The notes: generated by a model not told the origin, from the sequence alone. DNA of 33,312 bases from Planctomycetota bacterium (GCA_026991575.1 JALXBF010000188.1:1-33312); one strand, 5' to 3'; positions 7,296 through 17,182 are shown, counted from the stretch's first letter. Numbers and translations: made by a program.

Positions 7296-9764
7296 CTAGT
7301 GGTTGAACAGGAACTCTTTGGTGTTCAGCAACGCCCAGAGCACGTCCTGCAACGCTAGCTGACGGCCTTTCTTGCCGGCAGCCGCAACGTAGCCCACCGT
7401 GGCCTGAAGCTCTTCGGCGGTAGGCCGCCGACTGAGTGCGGCCAGGAAGAGCTCTTCGATGATCTGCTCATCGGACAGCCCTGCCTGGATCAGGCGCGTG
7501 ATCCGCCGGCCGCTCCGCAGCTTGCTCTCCATGTGGTTCGTGTTGATCAGATACAGAGCCTGGGACATGGAGGTTTCCTGTTTCCGTTCGCACTCGCATG
7601 TGATGTCCCGCGCCGGACGGCCGAACAGGTCCAGGAACGTGGAGCGGACCATGTTGTGGGGAAGCTGGATCGCACGCATGCCAACCGGCATGCCCGGAAA
7701 CCGCTCCGGCGCCTCGCACACCTGCGACACTGCATCGAGCAACTGCTCAGCCGTCAGCCGCTTGATCGGGTAGTGCGAGAAATGGACCGTGTCGTGCGCG
7801 TTCCACTTGTTGGGAATGCTCGACAGCTGGTAGACCTTCGAGTTCAAGATCAAGCGGAAGATGTGTTTCAGGTCCCAGTTGTTCTTGACGAGCTCTTCGG
7901 CCAGGTAATCGAGCAGCTCAGGGTTCTCCGGCGGGTTCGTGGCCCGGAAGTCGTCCGGTTCGTGCACGATCCCTCGGCCCATGAGCCAGTACCAGATGCG
8001 GTTGACGATACAGCGGGCAAACCACGGGTTCTCCGGACTGGTGAGCCACTCGGCAAGCACCTCGCGCGGATCCTGTTCCGGGCCGATCTGTGGCTTCTCG
8101 CCGGTGAGGAACTTTGGCTCGACGATCTGGCCTGTCTTCGGGTGGCGAACCCGCACGCCGGGGTCAAAGTAGACCACGTCTTCTCCCCACTCACGGGTGC
8201 GCTTGATCCGGACCTTGAAGAACGCTGCCAGCCCAAGGTTATCGTCCCAGGTCCAGGCCTCGAACGGGTGACTGTGGCAGTGAGCACAGTCGATGCGAAT
8301 ACCCAGGAACGTTGTCGCCGTCATTTCGGCCCAGCCCTGCGGGTCTCTCATCGTGGTGGCGCGGTAGTAGTTGGCGGGGCCAACACGGTAGGCGCTGCCG
8401 GAGGCAGTGATCAGCTCGCGCACGAACTGGTCGTACGGCTTGTTCTCCGCAATGCTCCGGCGGATCCACCCGTAGAAGGCAGCCACCCCCTTTGGCCAGA
8501 GCTGGATCGGGAACTCAGGCTTCACCCGCAGCAGATCCGCCCACTTCAAGGTCCAGAAGTCAACGAACTCGGGGCGCTCTAGAAGCCGGTCGATCAGCTT
8601 GGCACGCTTCTGTGGATCCGGGTCCGACAGGAACTGCCGCACTTCGTCCGGTGTGGGCAGAGTGCCAATCGTGTCGAGGTAGACCCGGCGAAGGAACATC
8701 TCATCGGTGGCCAGGTCCGAGGGTGGGATACCGAGTTTGCGAAGCTTGGCGAAGACCAGCTCGTCGATCCGGTTGTTCGGCTCAATGTCCGGAAAAGGCG
8801 TGGGCAGTCGCTGTGGCACCAGGATGCGGGCAGTGCCAAACTGACCACCGTAGCCGACAATGATGACCGCCTCGCCGTGTGAGACCACCTCAACCCGGCC
8901 CTGCTCATCGACGGTCGCAATGCCTGCTTCCGTGCTCGTGTAGTTGGCCAGGTGCGTAACGTCACGAGTGGTGCCGTCGGAGTAGTACGCGGTGACAAGG
9001 ATCTGCTGGCTCTGACCGATGTCCAGTAGCTGCTCGGCCGGGAATACCTCGATCCGTTCCAGCCGCACGTCGGCTGCTTTCTGTGGAGCCCCGCGGCGCA
9101 CCCATTCCAGCAGAAGCTGGTAGCTGTCCGAGCCGACATCAAACCGCTTGCCACCACCATGAGCGACCGTGGCCGTAGCCTTCAGCAGGAACAGACTCTT
9201 CTCCGGCTGCACCGGATCGATCAGGCGCGAGAACCGGTCCCGTGTCATGGCCACGGCATCCTCGTCAGGCTCGGCGCCAAATAGCGACAGGCGGAAGCCG
9301 TTCTTGCCACGGGGTGAGCCATGGCAACCGGTGATGTTGCAGCCGGCCTTGCTCAGCACAGGCAACACATCGCGACTGAAATCGATCGCGTCATCAGCAA
9401 GCTTGGCTACCGTGACCGTCGCGGTGGCACGCAGCGCCCCGACCTCCGCCACGATCCTGGTCTTGCCTTCTCCAACCGGCCAGACCACACCTTCACTGTC
9501 GACACGAGCCACCGCCTCGTTCTCACTGCGGAACCGCAGCCCGGTAATCACCTGCTGCGTACGACCGTCCGGCCGCTCAGCCATCACCACCAGCCGTTGG
9601 CGGCTCCGTGGCCCGTACAGCGAGAACTCCGCAGGCACCAACCGGATCGCCCGCCACGGTTGAGAGCCCGAGGGCTCTTCTGCCCACAGACCGGATGACA
9701 ATGTCAGCGGTAGCGAAAGGCTAAGAATAGCAGCTAGCAACAGGCACCTTGGTGCACGCCTCAT
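7296..9764 (-). CDS. DUF1549/DUF1553 protein with Ig-like (Big_2) domains and putative heme motifs
   Basis: Signal peptide, F.RDVLPVLSKAGCNITGCHG, FLRRVYLD..G..PT, CAHCHSHP, VNRIW..LMGRGIV, CECER and C-terminal WALLNTKEFLFNH. Confidence 0.92.
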   Translation of the reverse strand: MRRAPRCLLLAAILSLSLPLTLSSGLWAEEPSGSQPWRAIRLVPAEFSLYGPRSRQRLVVMAERPDGRTQQVITGLRFRSENEAVARVDSEGVVWPVGEGKTRIVAEVGALRATATVTVAKLADDAIDFSRDVLPVLSKAGCNITGCHGSPRGKNGFRLSLFGAEPDEDAVAMTRDRFSRLIDPVQPEKSLFLLKATATVAHGGGKRFDVGSDSYQLLLEWVRRGAPQKAADVRLERIEVFPAEQLLDIGQSQQILVTAYYSDGTTRDVTHLANYTSTEAGIATVDEQGRVEVVSHGEAVIIVGYGGQFGTARILVPQRLPTPFPDIEPNNRIDELVFAKLRKLGIPPSDLATDEMFLRRVYLDTIGTLPTPDEVRQFLSDPDPQKRAKLIDRLLERPEFVDFWTLKWADLLRVKPEFPIQLWPKGVAAFYGWIRRSIAENKPYDQFVRELITASGSAYRVGPANYYRATTMRDPQGWAEMTATTFLGIRIDCAHCHSHPFEAWTWDDNLGLAAFFKVRIKRTREWGEDVVYFDPGVRVRHPKTGQIVEPKFLTGEKPQIGPEQDPREVLAEWLTSPENPWFARCIVNRIWYWLMGRGIVHEPDDFRATNPPENPELLDYLAEELVKNNWDLKHIFRLILNSKVYQLSSIPNKWNAHDTVHFSHYPIKRLTAEQLLDAVSQVCEAPERFPGMPVGMRAIQLPHNMVRSTFLDLFGRPARDITCECERKQETSMSQALYLINTNHMESKLRSGRRITRLIQAGLSDEQIIEELFLAALSRRPTAEELQATVGYVAAAGKKGRQLALQDVLWALLNTKEFLFNH

Positions 9765-9879
9765 CGCGCACCCTCCACAAGCAGCGTGTTTTCGAAAGGC
9801 TCAGTCCTTACGGCAGGCCAAGTCTAAGCAACGGCGGGTTGCGTAGAGTGGGCAACGGCGTTGGTGGGCAGGTCAACAT

Positions 9880-9895
9880 ATCAGCGATCACTGAT
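9880..9895. promoter_or_regulatory. Palindromic operator, ArsR/SmtB-like
   Basis: ATCAGCGATCACTGAT, a 16-bp palindrome with 7 of 8 pairs matching, 2 bp downstream of the -10 box and over the predicted start site. Confidence 0.65.
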
Positions 9896-9897
9896 CT

Positions 9898-9927
9898 ATC
9901 CTAGCGGCCCCCTGGCCGGCCTGTCAA
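9898..9927 (-). promoter_or_regulatory. Sigma70-type promoter for the 9764->3230 gene run
   Basis: Minus strand TTGACA (9927-9922), N18, TAGGAT (9903-9898). Confidence 0.7.
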
Positions 9928-10465
9928 CCCCGGTTCCGCGTCCTGGCTCTTCGGCTCTCGTAGCGTGCATGGTGGGGTGATCGCGGGTCAGGATGCTCCG
10001 GGCAGCCCACAGCATGTCGAGTCCGGCGTCCGGGGGGGGTGGTGGGAATAGAGGAGGTATGGCCACGCAATAGCTTGCGCGCACCGGGTGGGCGGCGGCG
10101 CTTCATGCCCCCGGCCACCAGGCTGCTTCTGGACCGCGCCGTCGGCACGGCCCGACGCGCGCAGTGCGGTCGATCGTCCTGATTGGCCGGTTGCCGCGAT
10201 CGGGACGAGGACGCAAACCGGGTCGGTGCGGCGTTGAGGGACGATGACGCTGGCGGCGTGCATCGTGGTGCCCGCCTGGGGCCGTTGCTCTCCCGCACAG
10301 GGCGGCCATTGGGGGGCTGCCACAATCTGCCGGGGTGGCATCCTCTGGAAGCATCGCGCACAGAAAAGGCCCGACCGTGCCGCTGGACCAAAGTCGCTCG
10401 ATCCAGCCGCAACGCTCGGGCCAGAACCGGCGCGCTACGCTAACTCACCGGTCCAGCGGTGCGCG

Positions 10466-11926
10466 TTAACCGAACAGACCGGTGACTACGTGGCCTTTTA
10501 CCAGTTCACGTGGCTGGTTCAAGTGGTTGTAGATGATCCGGTCGGGCTTGATGCCGAAGCAGTGGTAGATGGTTGCCAGCAGGTCCATCGGGTGCACGGG
10601 GTCCTTTCGAGGACTGGAGCCGGTCTTGTCGCTTTCGCCGTAGACGGCGCCGCGTGCAATCCCCGCACCGGCGATCAGTGCGGTGTAGCAGTACGGCCAG
10701 TGGTCGCGACCGTCGGCGGAGTTGTTGTTACCCGACGTGCTGACGCCCTTCTGCGGGCTACGGCCGAATTCGCCCACCGCAACCACGAGCGTCTCGTCCA
10801 GCAGGCCGCGTTGGGCCAGGTCCTCGATCAGGGCCGACATGCCCTGGTCGAACATGGGGGCCGCCTGGTTCTTCATCCGGTGGGTCAGGCCGACGTGCAC
10901 GTCCCAGGAGTGATTGTCTGAGTTGGCCACCTTGGGCCAGATGACCTCCACGACCCGGGTGCCGGCCTCAACCAGCCGACGCGCAAGCAGCAGGCTCTGA
11001 CCAAACGTATTTCGACCGTACCGATCGCGAACCTTTTCCGGCTCCTGTTTCAAGTCGAAGGCGTTCCGGGCACGGCGCGAGATGATCAGCTCCAGAGCAC
11101 GGCCGTAGTACTCGTCCAGGTTGTAGTTCTCAACGACCTTGTCCAGCCGCGACATACCCTTCTCAAGGATTTCCCGGAGCCGAGCGCGGCGCTGCATGCG
11201 CAACGCGTAGAGATGCGGCCTTAGGTCGAGGTCATCGACGCGGATGCGCTCCATCTTGTTCATGTCCATGTCGTCGCCTTCGGGGAACAGGTAGTATGGG
11301 TCGTACGCCCGGCCGAGGAAGCCTGCCGTCCCGCCCTTGTTGACCACGTTGCTTTCCTGCAGTGGCCTGGGCATCATGACAAACGGCAGCATCGGCTCGG
11401 TGACCGGCTTGAACTTGGTGATCCATGCGCCGAAGTTCGGGAAGTCCTTGGGGCTGGGCGGCTCCAATTGGCCGGACGGACTGACCTTGTCGGTCGTATA
11501 GCCGGTCATCATCTGGTAGATGGCTGCCGTGTGGTTGAACAGGCCAACCGGCGTGTAGCTCATGGACCGGATCAGCGTGATCTTGTCGGTCACCTGAGCC
11601 AACTGTGGCAGCAACTCCGTGAACTTAACACCGGGCAGCTTGGTCGAGATCGGCTTGAACACGCTGCGGATGTTATCGGGCACATTCTCTTTTGGGTCCC
11701 AGAGGTCCAGGTGGCTCGGCCCTCCTTGCAGAAAGATCATGATGATGTGTTTCGCCGAGTTCCAGCCGGGACCACCGCCTTCCGCCGCACTGGCCTGCTG
11801 CAGTCGAAGCATGGAGCCGAGGGTCATGCCCAACAAGGCGGACCCACCGACCCGAAGCAGTTCGCGGCGCGACATGTACTTCTCGTCACATAAGTCTCGG
11901 CCTGCAGGTCCGGGAATCACCAACAT
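10466..11926 (-). CDS. DUF1501 domain protein, Tat-exported
   Basis: SRRELLR Tat motif, [45 protein letters not shown] and GRDHWP. AGGAG RBS. Confidence 0.93.
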   Translation of the reverse strand: MLVIPGPAGRDLCDEKYMSRRELLRVGGSALLGMTLGSMLRLQQASAAEGGGPGWNSAKHIIMIFLQGGPSHLDLWDPKENVPDNIRSVFKPISTKLPGVKFTELLPQLAQVTDKITLIRSMSYTPVGLFNHTAAIYQMMTGYTTDKVSPSGQLEPPSPKDFPNFGAWITKFKPVTEPMLPFVMMPRPLQESNVVNKGGTAGFLGRAYDPYYLFPEGDDMDMNKMERIRVDDLDLRPHLYALRMQRRARLREILEKGMSRLDKVVENYNLDEYYGRALELIISRRARNAFDLKQEPEKVRDRYGRNTFGQSLLLARRLVEAGTRVVEVIWPKVANSDNHSWDVHVGLTHRMKNQAAPMFDQGMSALIEDLAQRGLLDETLVVAVGEFGRSPQKGVSTSGNNNSADGRDHWPYCYTALIAGAGIARGAVYGESDKTGSSPRKDPVHPMDLLATIYHCFGIKPDRIIYNHLNQPRELVKGHVVTGLFG

Positions 11927-11992
11927 GGCTAGGTCTCCTGCTGCCTGATCGCACCGAGCAGCTTACACACGGTCCAGCGCTCACACGCAGTG

Positions 11993-14900
11993 CTAGTGGT
12001 TGAACAGGAACTCGGACGTATTCACTAGCGCCCAGACGATGTCCTGGGCAGCGGTCAAGCGGTACCGCTGAACGTCCTTCTTGCTGAGCTCGACCGCTCG
12101 ACGAAGATCGCGGAGCTTCGGATCGATCGGAATCGGCTTCTTCGCCTCGGCCAGTTTCCGTTCAAGCTCCACGAGTTTCGGATCGGCCGGCAGCGGTTTC
12201 TTGGCTTCCGCAAGCTGCTTCTGAAGTCGGCGGTACTCCAGGTCTGCCTCTTTGTAGAAATCGGCCAGTTTCTGCCACTGCTCCTCGGTCAACTTCTCTG
12301 GTGCCGACGCGGTCAGCTTGCGAACCTCCTCGGGCAGCTCCGTGAGCACGACCGGTGCTGTCTGGCCCGTGACACTCAGGCGGAACTTACCCAGTGAGTG
12401 CTGACCGCTAGTGAAGTTCTGGTTCAGCTCGATTACCAGCACGACACCTTCGTCGAAGCTCACCGGTTCGGCTAGCTCGAAGACGGCCACGTGGTCCTTG
12501 CCCTGCTGTGGCGCGATGGCCCAGCCGTTTTTCTGTCGGTCTAGCTTACCGTCGATAGCGGTCTCGACCGAGTAGTCCTTCTGGCTGAAGTCGGCGCGGG
12601 CGTGCATCAGCTGCAGCCGCCGTCGCTGGTCCGGCTTGCCCTTCGGGTACGCGTACACGATGAATTCGGTCAGCACGAAATTGCCGTCCGGAGCCCGTCC
12701 GGGTCCCTTGCGGCTGAACCGCTTGTCGGCCAGTGCTTCCAGTCGGATTGCCGTCACGCGCGGCAGCGGCACTTCGGCCGTGACGCGGTAGACGCCTGCC
12801 CCGTTGCCTCCTTCTGAGAGGATGACACCGTTGCCGACGTGCTTCAGCTTAAACGGACCGTCTGCTGCCAGCTTCGCCGGTTCGAGCACCGTCCAGGCGG
12901 TGCCGGGGCTGCCCGCGGCCAGCCAGCCCTTGATCCGCGCGCGGAGCTCTTGCTGATACGCAGCCACCCGTTTTTCGGCGGCGGCAATTCGTGCCTGCCG
13001 TTGCTTTTCTAGCTTTGCGCGCTGCGGGGCGATCTTCTTGCGGTAGGCTTCCAGCTCAGCCTGGGCCCGCGCGATCCGCTCCTGCCGCTGCTTCTCCAAC
13101 CGCTCCATGGTCGGCCGCAGTTTTTGCTCATACGCGGCCAACTCTGCGACAAGCCGCTTGTGCATTTCGGGCGTGCGTCGGATGTAGTCCACGCACCGCT
13201 CCACTTCTTGCTCGGTGGGTGGTCGGTTGAGCACGCGGAGGAACAGTTTCCGGACCAGCTCGCGATCGTCTTTGGTCTCGGCGACCAGTCGGGCGATCGC
13301 GTTGTTCGGGTCGACGATCGCTTCTTCAACGACTTCGCTGCTGACCATCGACAGTACTGCACCCAGGTCGATACCGGTGGAGCGTTCGCACTCGCACGGG
13401 CTCTCGCGGGGCGGACGACCGAACTTCTCGAGGAATCCGGCGGGGTCCTTTTCGGCCGGGTCCAGCAGTGCTGCGGCGCGGCCACGCGGCAGCTTCGGCT
13501 TGGCGCCCGTGACCGTGTAGATCGCGTCCAGAAGCGCTTCAGCCGGCAATCGCTTGGGCATGTAGTGCGAGTAGTTCAGCTTGTCGTCTTCGTTCCAGCG
13601 GTTGGTCGTGCAGGCAAGCTGGTAGGTGCGCGACTTGCAGATCAGCTTGATCAAGTGCTGCACGTCCCAGCCGCTGTTGATGAACTCTTCGGTCAGCCGA
13701 TCAAGCAACTCCGGGTTCGTAGGCGGGTTGCCCGCACGGATGTCGTCGATCGGCTCAATGAAGCCACGGCCCATCAGGTAGGCCCACACGCGGTTAACGT
13801 AACTACGTGCGAAGTAGGGGTTGTCGGGCGACGTGAGCCATGCGGCCAGCTTTTCGCGGAGGGTTGCGGTCTCCGATACTTCATAGCGACACTCGAAGGG
13901 GAACTTCGGTGGCGCTACTTCTTGAGTCTCGCCGTAGTACACCTTCCCGTCGGGCACATCCTCGACGATCTCAAACAGCGGCTTGGCGCCTTCAACCGCC
14001 GTGCCTCCAATTTTCTTGTTGCCGCTGGCCGGATCTTTCTTCAGCCGGACGCCACCGAAGAACGCGGCCAGCTCGTAGTACTGCCGCTGGTTCCATCGTT
14101 CGAACGGGTGATCGTGGCACTTGTTGCAGTTGAAACGGATTGCCAGGAACAGGTGCGTGGTGGTCTCGACCAACTGATCCGGAGTACGGTGGATCTTGAA
14201 GTACGCTGCAGGCGGGTTGTCCTTGTTGGAGCCGCGTGCGGTGATTAGCTCGTACACGAACTCGTTGTACGGCCGGTTGTTCTTGACCTGCTCGCGGATC
14301 CAGTCGCGGAACTTGCGGGCGCCTTCCACACCCAGGTACTTGCGGTTCACCTGCAGCAGGTCGGCCCACTTGTTCGTCCAGTACTCGACGAAGGCATCGG
14401 AACCGACGAGTCGGTCGATCAGCTCGTCGCGTTTCTGCCTTGATGGCCGCTTGTCTGCCAGGAACTTTTCGACTTCCTCCAGTGTCGGGGGCACGCCGGT
14501 GAGGTCCAGGTAGACGCGTCGGATGAACTCAGCGTCGTCGCAGATGTCGGACGGTAGCGTCTTGATCTTGCGCAGCTTCTTGTAGACGAGTTCGTCGATG
14601 AAGTTGTATGCGGGGGGATCGTTCCAGACGAAGCCGGAGCGGTCGCCCATGACGAAGAGCGTCGTGGAGGCGTACTGGCCCTCGTACCTGGCCAGCACCG
14701 GCGCCTCGCCGCGGCGCACCGCAACCAGCAGGGCCTGGCCGGCTTCGACGGCCACCTCTGTATCACCACTGGTCACAAACGCCTGATCCGTGACGTCGCG
14801 TCGGGTACCATCCGGATAGATGGCAACCACGCGGAACTGCTGCTTACCGCCCACGCGCCAGACGATCGGATCACGCGGCTCAATTTCCAGCCGGGCCACA

Positions 14901-17182
14901 CGATCGACGCCCGTGTCGATGTGAGCGCCTTCTTCGATCCAGCGCCGGATGATTTCATAGCCGGGCGAGCCGGGCCGCAGAGCTCGTCCTCCCATGTGCG
15001 GCACCTCGGCCGTGGGCTTCAGCAGCATGAGCGAATCCTCTGGAGCAGCCAGGTTGATGCGCCTTCCGGCCAGATCGTCCGTCAGGGCGCGATAGTCGAA
15101 CACCGGGTCATTGCCCCGCAACGAGAGCTTGAAGCCCCCCTTGCCCTTGGCCGCCCCATGGCACGTGCCCGTGTTGCAGCCCGCTTTGCTCAGCACCGGC
15201 ATCACGTCACGCACGAAATCGACATGGTAATCAGTGGCGAAGGCCGACACGTACACGGTCGCCTGCACCGCGTGCTTACCGTAAGTGAACGTCAGGTTGG
15301 CCCGACCGTTCGCCTTGGGCCGAACCAGCCCGTTGGGCATGATCGCCACGTTGTCGTTGTCGCTAACGATCTTCACCACACGGGTGATGTCATGAGCAGC
15401 GCCGTCGGGAGTGAACGCGGTGACCACGAACTGGACCGTGTCAAACGGGAAAGACACCGTGAACTCGGTGGGAGTGACCGAAATCCGCGCCACCTGCTCC
15501 GGTGCCGGTACAGGCTCCTGGTCCTTGGTGGCCAGTGTCCGCAGATCATGCTCAATCGCCTCTTTGATTGCATCGGCAGCCCGCTGCTGCTGCGCAAGAA
15601 CGCCGCCGTCGACCACCGACTCTGGCGGCACCGGCGAGAATTCCTTGAGCACCTTCGCGCCATTGGCGTCGATGACGCGCACCAGCCCATCAGCACCCGC
15701 GGCTATCACCCACCGACCCGACGGATGGAAGGCGACCGCATACAGAGCCGATGCGTCCAACTGCAACCGTGCGACGACCTTCACGTCCTTGGTACGGTAC
15801 TGTTCCAGCTTCTTCTTCTCCTCCGCCGTCCGGCTCATCACCGTCTTTTCCGAAATCTTCTTGATCTCGGGCGGAATGTCCTTCTCAAAGCGGAACTCGT
15901 AAATGACCAACTCCCCGCGTCCATCCAGACTGCTGACCGCGACCGCACGTTTCCCGTCCGGGCTGACGTCCACCGCAAAGATCCGCCCTTTCAACGGTGG
16001 GAACCGGCGGATCAGGTTCGCATCATCGCCGATAACCCGCTTCGTTTGCCGGAAGACGCGGTACAGCTTTGGTGTGCCGTCGGCGCCGCCCACAAGGACG
16101 AAATCGCCGGCAGGATGGCGCACAACCGCCTGCACGCCCCCTTTCAGTGCCCCCGGCGTGATCGACGTGATGTTGTCGATGAACCGCTGAGTGGCCACCT
16201 CGGTCAATTTCACCGATCGGTCCCGGCTGACGGAAATCAGATGCGAACCGTCCTTGGAGAAGACCGTATCTAGAACCCAGTCTTCATGCGCCCCCTGATA
16301 CAGCACTTCCTTGCCCGTGGCTACCTCGATCGCCCGGACCGTGTTGTCCGCACAGCCGAAGGCAACGAGCTTCCCATCCGGCGACCAACTGACGCCGTAG
16401 ACGGTGTCGTAGGTAATCGGCACGGAGCGTGCCAGTGTCTTGTTGGCCACATCCCAGATCTGAATCTCGCCCAGCCGGCCGGGCTTGCCTGCCGCAACGG
16501 CAAGCAGACGGCCGTCCGGGGAGAAAGCAACCTTCTGAATCCGTGGCGACATGCCTACCAGCCGGGCTACCAGCGTCGTGCCGGGTGCCGCATCCGTGTC
16601 GGCCTTGTCGCCCTGCTTGGCTTCTGTTTCCTCGAAGCGGTACACGAAGACTTCGTGATAGCCGGCAATGGCCAGGAGGGAGCCGTCGGGCGACAGATCC
16701 AGTGACGTGATGATCGGAGGCCGGGTGTAGACCGGCGGGTTCTCGGGCGTGAAGCGCAGCTTTTCGGTGGGCGGGCTGTCGTCGCGAGCTCCCTGTTTGA
16801 TCCACAGCTTGATCAGCTCGATCTGCTCGGGCTTCAGTGGCGGCTTGCCTTTGGGCATCTCCGCTGTGTCGCCCAACGGCGTGATCAGGTCAACCAGCGG
16901 GCTCTCGTCCGGCTTGCCCGGCACGATCGCCGGCTCACCGCTCTCGCCCCCCTTCAACAACGCCTCGAACTCCGTCATCACATACCCGCCCTTGGCCTGA
17001 GCAGGCTGGTGGCATCCCCAGCACTGAGCCTGAAAAATCGGGCGGATCTGCCGGTAGTAGCTGACCGGGCCGCTCTCCGCATCAGCCGCCACGGCGACTG
17101 TTACAGAAAAGCAAAGCGTCATCAGGAGGGAAAGCAGAGAGAACCAGCTCAGGAGGTCGGATACGAAGCGAGGCACTCGCAT
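11993..17182 (-). CDS. Large exported protein: planctomycete cytochrome c domain + WD40 propeller + Ig-like + DUF1549/DUF1553 + coiled-coil/beta-sandwich insert
   Basis: Signal peptide. IRPIFQAQCWGCH...MP...WI.QGA cytochrome domain, WD40-type repeats (FSPDG, WSPDG), CNTGTCHG, CNKCHDHP, CECER and EFLFNH terminus. ATG 17182 with GGAGGAG RBS. Confidence 0.92.
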   Translation of the reverse strand: MRVPRFVSDLLSWFSLLSLLMTLCFSVTVAVAADAESGPVSYYRQIRPIFQAQCWGCHQPAQAKGGYVMTEFEALLKGGESGEPAIVPGKPDESPLVDLITPLGDTAEMPKGKPPLKPEQIELIKLWIKQGARDDSPPTEKLRFTPENPPVYTRPPIITSLDLSPDGSLLAIAGYHEVFVYRFEETEAKQGDKADTDAAPGTTLVARLVGMSPRIQKVAFSPDGRLLAVAAGKPGRLGEIQIWDVANKTLARSVPITYDTVYGVSWSPDGKLVAFGCADNTVRAIEVATGKEVLYQGAHEDWVLDTVFSKDGSHLISVSRDRSVKLTEVATQRFIDNITSITPGALKGGVQAVVRHPAGDFVLVGGADGTPKLYRVFRQTKRVIGDDANLIRRFPPLKGRIFAVDVSPDGKRAVAVSSLDGRGELVIYEFRFEKDIPPEIKKISEKTVMSRTAEEKKKLEQYRTKDVKVVARLQLDASALYAVAFHPSGRWVIAAGADGLVRVIDANGAKVLKEFSPVPPESVVDGGVLAQQQRAADAIKEAIEHDLRTLATKDQEPVPAPEQVARISVTPTEFTVSFPFDTVQFVVTAFTPDGAAHDITRVVKIVSDNDNVAIMPNGLVRPKANGRANLTFTYGKHAVQATVYVSAFATDYHVDFVRDVMPVLSKAGCNTGTCHGAAKGKGGFKLSLRGNDPVFDYRALTDDLAGRRINLAAPEDSLMLLKPTAEVPHMGGRALRPGSPGYEIIRRWIEEGAHIDTGVDRVARLEIEPRDPIVWRVGGKQQFRVVAIYPDGTRRDVTDQAFVTSGDTEVAVEAGQALLVAVRRGEAPVLARYEGQYASTTLFVMGDRSGFVWNDPPAYNFIDELVYKKLRKIKTLPSDICDDAEFIRRVYLDLTGVPPTLEEVEKFLADKRPSRQKRDELIDRLVGSDAFVEYWTNKWADLLQVNRKYLGVEGARKFRDWIREQVKNNRPYNEFVYELITARGSNKDNPPAAYFKIHRTPDQLVETTTHLFLAIRFNCNKCHDHPFERWNQRQYYELAAFFGGVRLKKDPASGNKKIGGTAVEGAKPLFEIVEDVPDGKVYYGETQEVAPPKFPFECRYEVSETATLREKLAAWLTSPDNPYFARSYVNRVWAYLMGRGFIEPIDDIRAGNPPTNPELLDRLTEEFINSGWDVQHLIKLICKSRTYQLACTTNRWNEDDKLNYSHYMPKRLPAEALLDAIYTVTGAKPKLPRGRAAALLDPAEKDPAGFLEKFGRPPRESPCECERSTGIDLGAVLSMVSSEVVEEAIVDPNNAIARLVAETKDDRELVRKLFLRVLNRPPTEQEVERCVDYIRRTPEMHKRLVAELAAYEQKLRPTMERLEKQRQERIARAQAELEAYRKKIAPQRAKLEKQRQARIAAAEKRVAAYQQELRARIKGWLAAGSPGTAWTVLEPAKLAADGPFKLKHVGNGVILSEGGNGAGVYRVTAEVPLPRVTAIRLEALADKRFSRKGPGRAPDGNFVLTEFIVYAYPKGKPDQRRRLQLMHARADFSQKDYSVETAIDGKLDRQKNGWAIAPQQGKDHVAVFELAEPVSFDEGVVLVIELNQNFTSGQHSLGKFRLSVTGQTAPVVLTELPEEVRKLTASAPEKLTEEQWQKLADFYKEADLEYRRLQKQLAEAKKPLPADPKLVELERKLAEAKKPIPIDPKLRDLRRAVELSKKDVQRYRLTAAQDIVWALVNTSEFLFNH

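Noticed and set aside
10051..10073. GAGGAGGT followed by mini-ORF ATG GCC ACG CAA TAG (MATQ)
   Set aside because: The SD-like sequence abuts the ATG with no spacer, the ORF is four codons, and there is no co-oriented downstream gene.
10118..10140. SRP RNA-like GGTCCAGAAGCAGC on the minus strand
   Set aside because: Lacks the GNRA tetraloop stem of helix 8 and the flanking long helix.
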